64,000 nucleotides of DNA, taken from Oscillospiraceae bacterium (GTDB taxonomy: Bacteria > Bacillota > Clostridia > Oscillospirales > Acutalibacteraceae). Both the position numbers and the translations under genes were made by a program. The notes under the pieces were generated by a model, which did no database searches, was not told the origin of the DNA, and saw only the letters and a program-made list of their open reading frames with translations. Positions within the stretch are counted from its first letter, which is position 1, and the number at the start of each line of letters is the position of its first letter. Of this stretch, positions 48,057-56,718 are shown one piece after another. The stretch lies in assembly GCA_031556545.1 (NCBI GenBank), contig JAVBST010000004.1:46886-110885 (forward strand), given 5' to 3'.

Positions 48057-48194
48057 GCAAAAACAGTCCCATTATGGGATTTGTTTTGCAGCCGATATGC
48101 GAAGGGATCTAAAAAGGAGCTATCGGCTTGGCTGACAGCTCCTTTCGCATTTTTGAGAATCAATGTTATTAATGTGAAATATAATTTCTCTATA

Positions 48195-48223
48195 TTGAAT
48201 ATTTTTATATAAAATAGTATAAT
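48195..48223 (+). promoter_or_regulatory. Consensus-like promoter for the GH43 gene
   Basis: TTGAAT, 17-nt spacer, TATAAT. Confidence 0.5.
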
Positions 48224-48300
48224 GGCATCGTGCAGATTTTGCCAGTGACTACTCGCTGTCAAAAGAGCTGCATCAATAAAAAATGGAGAGAAGGATTAAA

Positions 48301-50589
48301 ATGAAGAAAATGAAGCGATGGCTGGCACTGGTGCTGGCGCTCGCGGTGCTGACGGGTACCCTGACACTTACATCCGCAGCATCCGACAACGCGCAGACCA
48401 ATGCGACTTACTACAACAACGCAGCCTTCAGTGCCGCCGACCCCGCAGTCATGCATGATCCCGTTTCCGGCAACTACTACGTTTATTCTACCGACGGCGC
48501 CACCAGCGGAACACGTTTCGGGATTTTCCGCTCGGCAGATCTGGTGACCTGGGAAAGACTGAATGGCGCCATGCCCAGTACAGGCCAATGGGGCAATGAT
48601 TGGTTCTGGGCGCCCGAATGCTACTACAACGAAAAAACGGGCTGGTATTTCCTCTTTTACGCGGCCAGAATCCGCAGCAATACGGATCTGTGTGAGCAGC
48701 ATTTCGGATTCCGCTCCTTTGACGAAGCTTGCAAGGTGGGAGTAGCCGTTTCCCGCAGCCCGGAGGGCCCCTTCACCAACATTGCGTCGACCCCCATCGA
48801 CTATTACCCATACGATCCCAACTACTATGATGTCAACCAAATTATGCCCAATGTCAACACCCCGCCCAAAACCTTGGAAGAAGGCATGACTGCCCCTAAG
48901 GGTACATATCTGCCCTACATTGACCCCAATGTCTACTTCGATGACAATGGAAAAATCTACCTATATTTCTCCCGGAACTGTTACCGCGACTGGGTTTGGG
49001 ATCCCGACCTGGGCAAGTACCTTGAGGAGTCCAACATCTACGCGGTGGAGCTGACAACAGACTGGTGGACCGATCCTGACGCAAAAACCCTGCCCGCTGT
49101 TGCGCCCGCCTACCGCAACGTGAACAAAGCGCCGACCGATGCCGAATCGGTGCGCAAGGATGGCTTTTTCCCCGTCATCAACTATGCCATGGAAAAGCAG
49201 GAATGGGAAAACGCGCATATCAACCGTGTCCCCACCAATCGCCGCTGGGCGGAGGGTTCCACCACCATCAAGTATTACTTTGACAAAAACGGCGACGGCA
49301 TAAAGGAGCCCTATTACTACATGTTCTATTCCTGCAACAACTGGGAAAATGAATGGTACGGCGTCGGTTACGCCGTGGCCAGCAATCCATTGGGACCTTG
49401 GAACAAATATGATCTCAACCCCATCATTAAGCTCAATGCCGATATGTCCGGTACCGGACACGGCAGCGTCGCCTGGTCTCCCGACGGCAGCGAGCTGTTC
49501 TATGTCTATCATGCCCGCCCCGGCATTACCGGCGGTCGCCGGCTTTATCAGGACCGCTTGTTTATCGACGAGACCAAGATTGATGCCGATACGGGACTTC
49601 CGACCGTCTCCGTGAAACAGTCGGCCAATGATCAACCTGTCCCTTCGGGCGTGGCCCCCTATCTTGTCAAGGCCGACACATCTTCTCTCCGGCTACAGCC
49701 CGCCGGAACCTCGCAGATTAACTTTACTGTGCAAACGGCACAGGGCACAAAGCTTGCCCTCTCGAACGCACTCAACCGCGTAGTCGCCACCATAGACGAT
49801 CCGAGCATCGCTACGGTTACGGCAACCACGGCAGGGGCGGCGACTGTCACAGCCGTCAGTGAGGGCCAGGCAACGCTGACCCTGCAATATCAGCGGCGCT
49901 CTTCGGACGGCAGCTACTATGACGTCACCAACACCGTAAACGGTGTAACGACACCCGCCAAGCTGACGGTTCCGATTGCGGTCATGTCAAAAATCCCGAC
50001 CATTGCGATTGATAAGACACAGGCCGCCATCAACGAAAACTTTACGGTATCGGTGGAAACGGATGTCAATGTCGCAAAACTCCTGCTCGCCAACGAGAAC
50101 GGTATGCCCTTGAGCGTCAAGAGCCTGACTTCCAGAACAGAGGATGACAAAAAAATCTTTACGGCAACCATGTGCCTCGGCACCGCGGGCAACGACAGGC
50201 AAATCCGCGTTGCGCTGGATTATGGCAAGGGCAAGGGCTATGTGGACAGCGGCGTATTCGGTACCATCGATATCACCAAGACCAGCGAAGCACCCAAGGT
50301 GCTTAAGGTCGAGGCCCCGGCAACCGCACTCGTGAATGTGGCCGCCAATTATGCGATCACCACCAATCTTGAAGGCTCATACAGCGCCAATTTACGCGCC
50401 AACGGAGCTAGCAGTGATTTGGGGAAAACAGTCGTTAGCAAGACGATGAACCCGGATGGGAGCTTCACTTGGGTCATCGCGGTCAAAATAGGCACCGCCG
50501 GCAACCGCGCTCTTAACGCGTATGCAGGCAACTCCATCGGGACTCGCAGCGATCCCTACCCCTTCGCACTGACCGTGAAATTGTTTTAA
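48301..50589 (+). CDS. Secreted GH43 family glycoside hydrolase with a Big_2 domain and the conserved C-terminal module
   Basis: Signal peptide MKKMKRWLALVLALAVL. GH43 five-bladed propeller strings (DPAVMHDPVSGNYYVYSTDG, WAPECYY, EGSTTIKY). Big_2-like ATVTAVSEGQATLTL. Confidence 0.8.
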   Translation: MKKMKRWLALVLALAVLTGTLTLTSAASDNAQTNATYYNNAAFSAADPAVMHDPVSGNYYVYSTDGATSGTRFGIFRSADLVTWERLNGAMPSTGQWGNDWFWAPECYYNEKTGWYFLFYAARIRSNTDLCEQHFGFRSFDEACKVGVAVSRSPEGPFTNIASTPIDYYPYDPNYYDVNQIMPNVNTPPKTLEEGMTAPKGTYLPYIDPNVYFDDNGKIYLYFSRNCYRDWVWDPDLGKYLEESNIYAVELTTDWWTDPDAKTLPAVAPAYRNVNKAPTDAESVRKDGFFPVINYAMEKQEWENAHINRVPTNRRWAEGSTTIKYYFDKNGDGIKEPYYYMFYSCNNWENEWYGVGYAVASNPLGPWNKYDLNPIIKLNADMSGTGHGSVAWSPDGSELFYVYHARPGITGGRRLYQDRLFIDETKIDADTGLPTVSVKQSANDQPVPSGVAPYLVKADTSSLRLQPAGTSQINFTVQTAQGTKLALSNALNRVVATIDDPSIATVTATTAGAATVTAVSEGQATLTLQYQRRSSDGSYYDVTNTVNGVTTPAKLTVPIAVMSKIPTIAIDKTQAAINENFTVSVETDVNVAKLLLANENGMPLSVKSLTSRTEDDKKIFTATMCLGTAGNDRQIRVALDYGKGKGYVDSGVFGTIDITKTSEAPKVLKVEAPATALVNVAANYAITTNLEGSYSANLRANGASSDLGKTVVSKTMNPDGSFTWVIAVKIGTAGNRALNAYAGNSIGTRSDPYPFALTVKLF
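50002..50586 (+). other. Copy 2 of the shared C-terminal tandem-domain module (GH43 protein)
   Basis: See copy 1. Confidence 0.75.
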
Positions 50590-50697
50590 ATTGCTGACCC
50601 CTGTTTTCATAACGCACCCCAGCAAAACCGCATAACTTCCCACAAGATGAGCTCCCAAAAAGCTAACCAATATATTACTGCAGCATAGGCTGAAATG

Positions 50698-50733
50698 AAT
50701 CACTCCCCGCGGTAGAAACTGCGGGGAGTGATT
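50698..50733 (+). terminator. 13-bp perfect hairpin downstream of the GH43 gene
   Basis: AATCACTCCCCGC, 10-nt loop, GCGGGGAGTGATT; weak U-tract. Confidence 0.5.
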
Positions 50734-50824
50734 CGTGGAGCGCCTCAGAGGGCAGTGAATCGGATCAGAATGTGCTGTGCTACATTTCGCTCGGCTTCCC
50801 GGAGGGGATGCCCCGTACAGCCGG

Positions 50825-50854
50825 TTGACAGAACATGGTAATAAGTGGTATTAT
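50825..50854 (+). promoter_or_regulatory. Candidate promoter for ugd with extended -10
   Basis: TTGACA, 18-nt spacer, TGgTATTAT; leaves a leader of about 165 nt. Confidence 0.4.
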
Positions 50855-51023
50855 GGTTTTCAGAACGGCAGCGCCTTTGCATGAGGCTATTCCCCCTCCC
50901 CTATTTTCCCTTTTGGGTTCTCGCCCGTTCCTCTGCGCACAAACACGGAACCTGCCGGGATAGCGAGCCTTTCCTTTCATTTTCCTTCGCAATACGAATA
51001 AAACGTTGGGAGCAAGTGGTATT

Positions 51024-52235
51024 ATGGAAAAAACAATGAAAATCACCGTTGCAGGAACGGGCTATGTCGGACTTTCCAATGCCATTCTGTTGGGACAGCG
51101 CCATGAAGTCTGGGCAGTGGATATCCTCCCCGAAAAAGTTGAAATGATTAACCGTAAGCAATCCCCGATTGTTGACAAGGAAATCGAGGAGTATCTTGCA
51201 ACCAGAGAATTGCATCTGACCGCCACAACAGATGCTGAAAAAGCATATAAGGACGCTCATTTCATCATTATTTCCACCCCCACCAATTATGACCCTCAGG
51301 TCAATTTTTTTGATACCTCCAGTGTTGAATCCGTGATTGAAACGGTCATACGGGTGAACCCGGAGGCCATCATGGTCATCAAATCCACGGTGCCGGTCGG
51401 CTTTACCGAGGATATGCGCCAAAAATACCACAGCGATAACCTCATCTTTTCGCCGGAATTTTTGCGTGAGGGCCAGGCGCTGTATGACAACCTATATCCC
51501 AGCCGCATTATCGTCGGCGCGCCCAAGCAGCGAAGAGTTCGGGCAGAAGCCGAAATCTTTGCAAACCTCCTGGCGGAGGGCGCAATAAAAGAGGATATTC
51601 CCACATTGATCATGAATCCCACGGAAGCAGAGGCCGTTAAGCTCTTTTCCAACACCTATTTGGCTTTGCGTGTATCTTATTTCAATGAATTGGATACGTA
51701 CGCCGAGGTGCGTGGTCTGGATACCAAGTCCATCATTGAAGGCGTTGGACTCGATCCACGCATTGGCACCCAATACAACAATCCATCTTTCGGCTATGGA
51801 GGCTATTGCCTGCCCAAAGACACCAAGCAACTGCTGGCCAACTACAATAGGGTTCCCAACAACATTATCGGCGCGATCGTGGAAGCCAACCGCACCCGAA
51901 AAGACTACATTTCCGACCGGATTTTGCAATTGGCCGGCTATCCGCAAACCCCTGATCCCATCATCGGGATATACCGCCTGACCATGAAAGAAGGCAGCGA
52001 CAATTTTCGGCAAAGCTCCATTCAGGGCGTTATGAAACGCATCAAAGCCAAGGGTGTCGAAGTTGTTGTATACGAGCCAACACTCACGGAGGACCATTTC
52101 TACAACTCACGGGTCATTCGAAAACTAGAGGAATTTAAAAACATATGTCATATAATCGTTGCAAACCGGTATAACGCCGATTTGCACGATGTCCTGAATA
52201 AGGTCTACACCCGGGATTTGTTCCTCAGGGATTGA
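51024..52235 (+). CDS. ugd: UDP-glucose 6-dehydrogenase
   Basis: [13 protein letters not shown] Rossmann motif and catalytic GGYCLPKD. Confidence 0.9.
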   Translation: MEKTMKITVAGTGYVGLSNAILLGQRHEVWAVDILPEKVEMINRKQSPIVDKEIEEYLATRELHLTATTDAEKAYKDAHFIIISTPTNYDPQVNFFDTSSVESVIETVIRVNPEAIMVIKSTVPVGFTEDMRQKYHSDNLIFSPEFLREGQALYDNLYPSRIIVGAPKQRRVRAEAEIFANLLAEGAIKEDIPTLIMNPTEAEAVKLFSNTYLALRVSYFNELDTYAEVRGLDTKSIIEGVGLDPRIGTQYNNPSFGYGGYCLPKDTKQLLANYNRVPNNIIGAIVEANRTRKDYISDRILQLAGYPQTPDPIIGIYRLTMKEGSDNFRQSSIQGVMKRIKAKGVEVVVYEPTLTEDHFYNSRVIRKLEEFKNICHIIVANRYNADLHDVLNKVYTRDLFLRD

Positions 52236-52266
52236 TATGCGCAATATGACTCCGGCATTTATATGG

Positions 52267-52300
52267 CGTGTTGACAGATCTTGTCGACACGCTCTTTCTT
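52267..52300 (+). terminator. Terminator after ugd
   Basis: CGTGTTGACA-GATCT-TGTCGACACG followed by CTCTTTCTT. Confidence 0.5.
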
Positions 52301-52316
52301 ATGCCATCTATCCGGC

Positions 52317-52357
52317 AAAAAGCGGCATCCCTTCTCGCGAAAGGGGATGCCGCTTTC
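52317..52357. terminator. Bidirectional terminator between the convergent ugd and GH97-like genes
   Basis: AAAAAGCGGCATCCC-loop-GGGATGCCGCTTTCT. Confidence 0.65.
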
Positions 52358-52490
52358 TAAACAGGATACGATTACTTTGGCAATTACAATAGGAAACATC
52401 TCGGTAGTTTTATCCATTGCCAACGTCATACTCGCGGTTCATACGGATAAGCATTATGACCCCGAGCGGGCATCGCGGCCGCGATGCCTC

Positions 52491-55400
52491 TTAGATCAAG
52501 GTGACTGCAACTTGGAAGGGATAGGGCGCGCTCTGCTCCCCTTGCACATTCCCCGCGTAAGCGTCAAGCGACCGATAGCCCGCTGAGCCGATCTTGACAC
52601 CGAGTACCCACGTACAAGTACCGTCGGCATTCATGGTCTTACTGACGATCGTCTTGCCCAATTTACTGCTGCCGCTGTAAATGTTCGCACTATAGGATCC
52701 TTCCGCATTTGTGGTAATGGCGTAGCTGGCCAGCACATTCGCTTTGACGGTTGCGGGCGCTTGCACCTTTACAACAGCAGGCGCTTCCTTGGTGAGGGTA
52801 ACATCCATGAACGCAGATGCGTTGGCGGCCACATAGCCTTTACCGTCTCCGTAATCAAGCAGGAGCGTAAATTGGCGGTCCTTGCCGGCGGTTCCTACTT
52901 TCATAGTCGCCGTAATGGTTTGCTTGCCGTTCTCGGCCGTGGATACAAGGCTTTGCAGGGAAACGGGCTGTCCGTTTGCGTTGGCAACGAGGATGCGCCG
53001 AACTGCCGCCGAGCATTGTACGGTAACGCCAAAGGTTTCATTGACCGCGACTTTTTCTTTATCAAAGATCATACTGCAGAGATCTTTTTCGGCCATCGCA
53101 ATGACATTGCCTAACGTAACCGCTGCCGCATAGATCCCTGCATAGCTTAACTGGCCATGCAGCACGGCCTGCGCGTCTTCAACCGCTTGCCCCAGCAGCG
53201 CTTTATTAGGGACCTCTCCCAGTTGGCCGTATAAGGCTTTCGCCTTTTCGATCATCGCCCTTAACGGCGCGGTGTTGACAGATCGATCGGATAGCAGAAT
53301 TTTGGCGTCACACCAGTTGGCATGGTCAAAATTGATGCCGTCTCCTCCATCCTTGGCCAGCAGGCGAATTGTTTTGGCATTTTCCGGCACAGCCACGTCA
53401 ATCACCCCATAAGATGACATCTGCGTCATGTTTCCGGAATCATAGACGGACACGCCGTCTATGAACACCTGGAAGGCGACACGGTTGGTCGTGTTGCCGT
53501 TGTAAGTGCTGATACTGCAAAAAGCCTGAAATTTTTCGACACCCAAATCAGTAATATCGTAGGTGAGCCCCGTAATAGCGTGGCTGCCGATCCCCTTCTC
53601 GAAGGTTACCACTTTGCCCTCGCCGTCACGCCCGGTAAGGGGATTCCCGCTGCGGGCCTTATCTTTGACGCACTCCCCGCGGTCGCTTTTGGCGGAAGGG
53701 GTCATGTCACTGAGATAGAGTACCCGCTCATCACTGGGAGTTTTGAAGTTAACGGTATAGGTCACCGACTTGAACGCGTTCGCAGCCGTGATAGAAGCGC
53801 TGCCCGGCAGTGCGCTTACCTGCTTGACAGCCGTCACTTGACTGCCTTGCGTCAGGGCGAGTGAAATCTCCGGCACCAAATCGCCGGGCCTCAACTGTAC
53901 CTCATAGCTGAATTTATCCACCGCAAAACCTTCTATGGATTTTCCGTTGATGAGCAAATCGGTGGCGGGGCGCTTTAGCTCCTCTATTTGGTTAATGGCA
54001 GCCACCAGTACGTCGTAATTTGTAACCAACAGTTTGGCATACGCAGGCAACGCATTGAATTTTGACAAAACGGTGTTGACGTACGCCTCTTTTTCCGCTA
54101 GATTCTCTCTCGTAATTGCGCCGATACCCTGAATGGCGGTGATGACTTCCACCACCAAATCCTGAAAATCGGTATATAACGGATATTTTATAAGGTCATC
54201 CGCGGTCGCGGGGGTAAAGCGCACGGCAAAGCCGGTGTTATTGTGCATCGCTCTACTAAGCGCCATTGTAGCATTCACAATAAAGGTATCCACTAACACA
54301 TCGTTTACTTTTGTTTCATCCGAGGGGTTGGTATAAATCTCCGCGCGGTAGGGTGTGCCCGCCGTCAGGAAGGACAAATTGACCGCCAGATTTCTCTCCA
54401 CGGCAGAAAGGCTGGAAAGGTAGAAATCGCCGCCACTCCGACGCAGCACGGTTGCATATTCTTCCATTTTAGATTCGATATAGTCGCTCTCATCCCATAC
54501 GGTGGGCATGTCATCCCAGAGCTTGACTTCCGGCTTCACCGCCGTGCCGCCCGTGGGCGCGTCATACCAATAGAGATACTGCAGGGGGCTATAGAACATG
54601 AGGCTGCCAGCCATGCGGAAGGCTCTGCTGGTATTACGGGTCAGGGCATAGCACCAGGTATGGTCCGCCGCGCCTGCCACCATGCGGGTGAAGAGATATC
54701 CTAAATCTTCGCTTGCCAAGGGATTTTCCTCATCCCCGTGGATCGCTTCCAGGGTTAAGAGGTTGGGATATGTGCGCTCGTAGCCGGTAGGCAGCATTTC
54801 GTCATGGATATCGACCACCAGTTTGTTATCGGCCGCGATTTTCACCCAGTCGTACACCATTTTGGTAGTTGCCTGAGATCCGATGGGGACAAAGCCGAAT
54901 TTGATGCCGTCGATGCCCCAATCGTTTACATAATGCTTAAACAGGGCGTCCAACTGCCCCTTCTGCCATTGATCCTGCAAATGCCGGAAATTCACATATA
55001 CCACCAGCTTGATGTTCCTGGCATCGGCATAGGCTTTGATTTCGTTGTAATCCAACCCGGCAATGGTTTGCCAGGGATCACTGGACATATTGCCTTCGGG
55101 TCCATACCAGCCCGCGTCAAAGTGCGCATAGGTGATGTTATGCTCCGCAGCGTAATCAATGCGCTGTTTTGCGCCCGCCGTATTGAGAGTCGTCACGCGC
55201 AGGGCCTTGCCGGGCTCAATCCAGGAGGTATCGGCGATAGCACTGGGCGGATTGAGATTCTTGACCAGATAGTTATGGTTCAGCAAGTCGCCTTCCCGGC
55301 CTCCGATGACAAAGGTCCGCCAGGAAGAAGCAAAATCGCCTTTGGCAAGATTCACGTCCACCTCGTTTTTGATCTGTGTCGGATCCAGGCTCGAGTTGGT

Positions 55401-56207
55401 CGTGACCCCGTTAAACAAGGTGCGGATCGTCCCGCTTTCGGCGCCGTCCTGCGTGAAATGCACACGGGTATAATCCACCTGATTCGCTTCGGTGATGGAG
55501 AGCGCATACCCATTGCCGATAAGCGTCAAGGGTCGGAAATACCCCCTGTCCACAGCTTTCAACTCACTCACGGGCGTTTTGATTGCATGGGTCTGGTTGC
55601 CGTTCAGATGGACATAAGCCGTGGCGGTATTGTCGAGATTAAAATAGGTGAGTTCTTGTTTTATGACAAACTGAGGTTTTACATTATCTTGTGGGAAGAC
55701 ATAGCGGAAGGTCACGCCCTCATTGTATGCCCGTAAAACCACATCCATTTTGGTGCCGTCCCCTTTGGATTTCAGGTGGACGATTGCTTCATTGTACTGG
55801 TTGGGAATTTGTTTGCGCTCGCTGAGGAGATCCGTCCATGAGCTGTCCACCTGATTCGCAGTCACAGAAAGCAACTCGAAATTGGTGTTGAAGGTGCCGT
55901 AATCCAATTCCATACCCAGCTTTGAATTCTCAACCACACTTTTGCCCTTATAATCTATTTCATAATAGGGCGTGCCGCTACTGTCCAGCCAAAAGCTGGC
56001 GGTAATATTTTGATCAGAGGATTTTACTTCCCGCAAATGTTGGACATCGCTGTATTTTTCGGTTGCAGGCCGGTATGTAAAAGCGCTGTCAGCATCCAAC
56101 GCAAATACACCCAGAGATGGGGTAAGGGCCGTCATGGTAAAAATAATAGCCAAAAGGCAAGCGATCACTTTGTAGCTTTTTTTCAACTGAATCTTCCTTT
56201 CTTTCAT
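52491..56207 (-). CDS. Secreted GH97-like glycoside hydrolase with FIVAR-like helical linkers, an NPCBM domain and the conserved C-terminal module (1238 aa)
   Basis: Start at MKERKIQLKK (signal peptide). GH97-like strings: SWRTFVIG, SWIEPGKAL, GIKFGF, VVDIHDEMLPTGYERTYPNLLTLEAIHGDE, FTRMVAGAADHT. NPCBM: YLSDM...KGIGSHA...DHANWCDAKI. Confidence 0.6.
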   Translation of the reverse strand: MKERKIQLKKSYKVIACLLAIIFTMTALTPSLGVFALDADSAFTYRPATEKYSDVQHLREVKSSDQNITASFWLDSSGTPYYEIDYKGKSVVENSKLGMELDYGTFNTNFELLSVTANQVDSSWTDLLSERKQIPNQYNEAIVHLKSKGDGTKMDVVLRAYNEGVTFRYVFPQDNVKPQFVIKQELTYFNLDNTATAYVHLNGNQTHAIKTPVSELKAVDRGYFRPLTLIGNGYALSITEANQVDYTRVHFTQDGAESGTIRTLFNGVTTNSSLDPTQIKNEVDVNLAKGDFASSWRTFVIGGREGDLLNHNYLVKNLNPPSAIADTSWIEPGKALRVTTLNTAGAKQRIDYAAEHNITYAHFDAGWYGPEGNMSSDPWQTIAGLDYNEIKAYADARNIKLVVYVNFRHLQDQWQKGQLDALFKHYVNDWGIDGIKFGFVPIGSQATTKMVYDWVKIAADNKLVVDIHDEMLPTGYERTYPNLLTLEAIHGDEENPLASEDLGYLFTRMVAGAADHTWCYALTRNTSRAFRMAGSLMFYSPLQYLYWYDAPTGGTAVKPEVKLWDDMPTVWDESDYIESKMEEYATVLRRSGGDFYLSSLSAVERNLAVNLSFLTAGTPYRAEIYTNPSDETKVNDVLVDTFIVNATMALSRAMHNNTGFAVRFTPATADDLIKYPLYTDFQDLVVEVITAIQGIGAITRENLAEKEAYVNTVLSKFNALPAYAKLLVTNYDVLVAAINQIEELKRPATDLLINGKSIEGFAVDKFSYEVQLRPGDLVPEISLALTQGSQVTAVKQVSALPGSASITAANAFKSVTYTVNFKTPSDERVLYLSDMTPSAKSDRGECVKDKARSGNPLTGRDGEGKVVTFEKGIGSHAITGLTYDITDLGVEKFQAFCSISTYNGNTTNRVAFQVFIDGVSVYDSGNMTQMSSYGVIDVAVPENAKTIRLLAKDGGDGINFDHANWCDAKILLSDRSVNTAPLRAMIEKAKALYGQLGEVPNKALLGQAVEDAQAVLHGQLSYAGIYAAAVTLGNVIAMAEKDLCSMIFDKEKVAVNETFGVTVQCSAAVRRILVANANGQPVSLQSLVSTAENGKQTITATMKVGTAGKDRQFTLLLDYGDGKGYVAANASAFMDVTLTKEAPAVVKVQAPATVKANVLASYAITTNAEGSYSANIYSGSSKLGKTIVSKTMNADGTCTWVLGVKIGSAGYRSLDAYAGNVQGEQSAPYPFQVAVTLI
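52494..53069 (-). other. Copy 3 of the shared C-terminal tandem-domain module (GH97-like protein)
   Basis: See copy 1. Confidence 0.75.
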
Positions 56208-56569
56208 CTTGTCATCATTCACAAGACACGCTATTACTCCGGCATGCAATACAAGGATTTTGGGGGGATCCCCTAGGGCCAAAGTAATAGGTTCCACATA
56301 ATGGGTATCTCTTTTGTAAAGGCAACCGGGTTGTTATCCTCTCCCTCCCGGATAAAAATTATATAATATCTCTAGAAAAATAGAAAAAAGTTGATATTAC
56401 ATCAATATTATAAAGGAAATTCTTGGGAGAGAATAGCGCCAATTGTACCGAAATTATGGATTATTATCCCTTAATCTTAACTATATTTCATATGAGTTGT
56501 ACAAGATCGTCCTGGATTTCCCGAAAAGTAAATAGCTGTTTTGTACATTTTCTCTGCATAATTTTATAC

Positions 56570-56607
56570 CAACAGCAAACCCCGAATCGGCCTTGGCCGA
56601 TTCGGGG
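56570..56607 (-). terminator. Terminator after the MATE gene
   Basis: Minus strand reads CCCCGAATCGGCC-AA-GGCCGATTCGGGG followed by TTTGCTGTTGG. Confidence 0.65.
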
Positions 56608-56718
56608 CAAAACACAAAAAACAGCGTATCCCTCTTGCTCTGCATGGAAGCCGATAGAAACGGGGGCGCTAACAGCCATGAGGCACCTTGCGTCCACTGC
56701 ATTTTCACATTGGGATAA

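Noticed and set aside
28547-50733. Whether the long perfect hairpins lacking U-tracts (28547-28580, 40455-40494, 50698-50733) form a REP/MITE-like repeat family
   Set aside because: Their stem sequences are unrelated to one another (GAAGGGAATTGA, AACGGCGAGGCCCACC, AATCACTCCCCGC). They are therefore independent intergenic hairpins, probably terminators or mRNA stabilisers, not a dispersed repeat.
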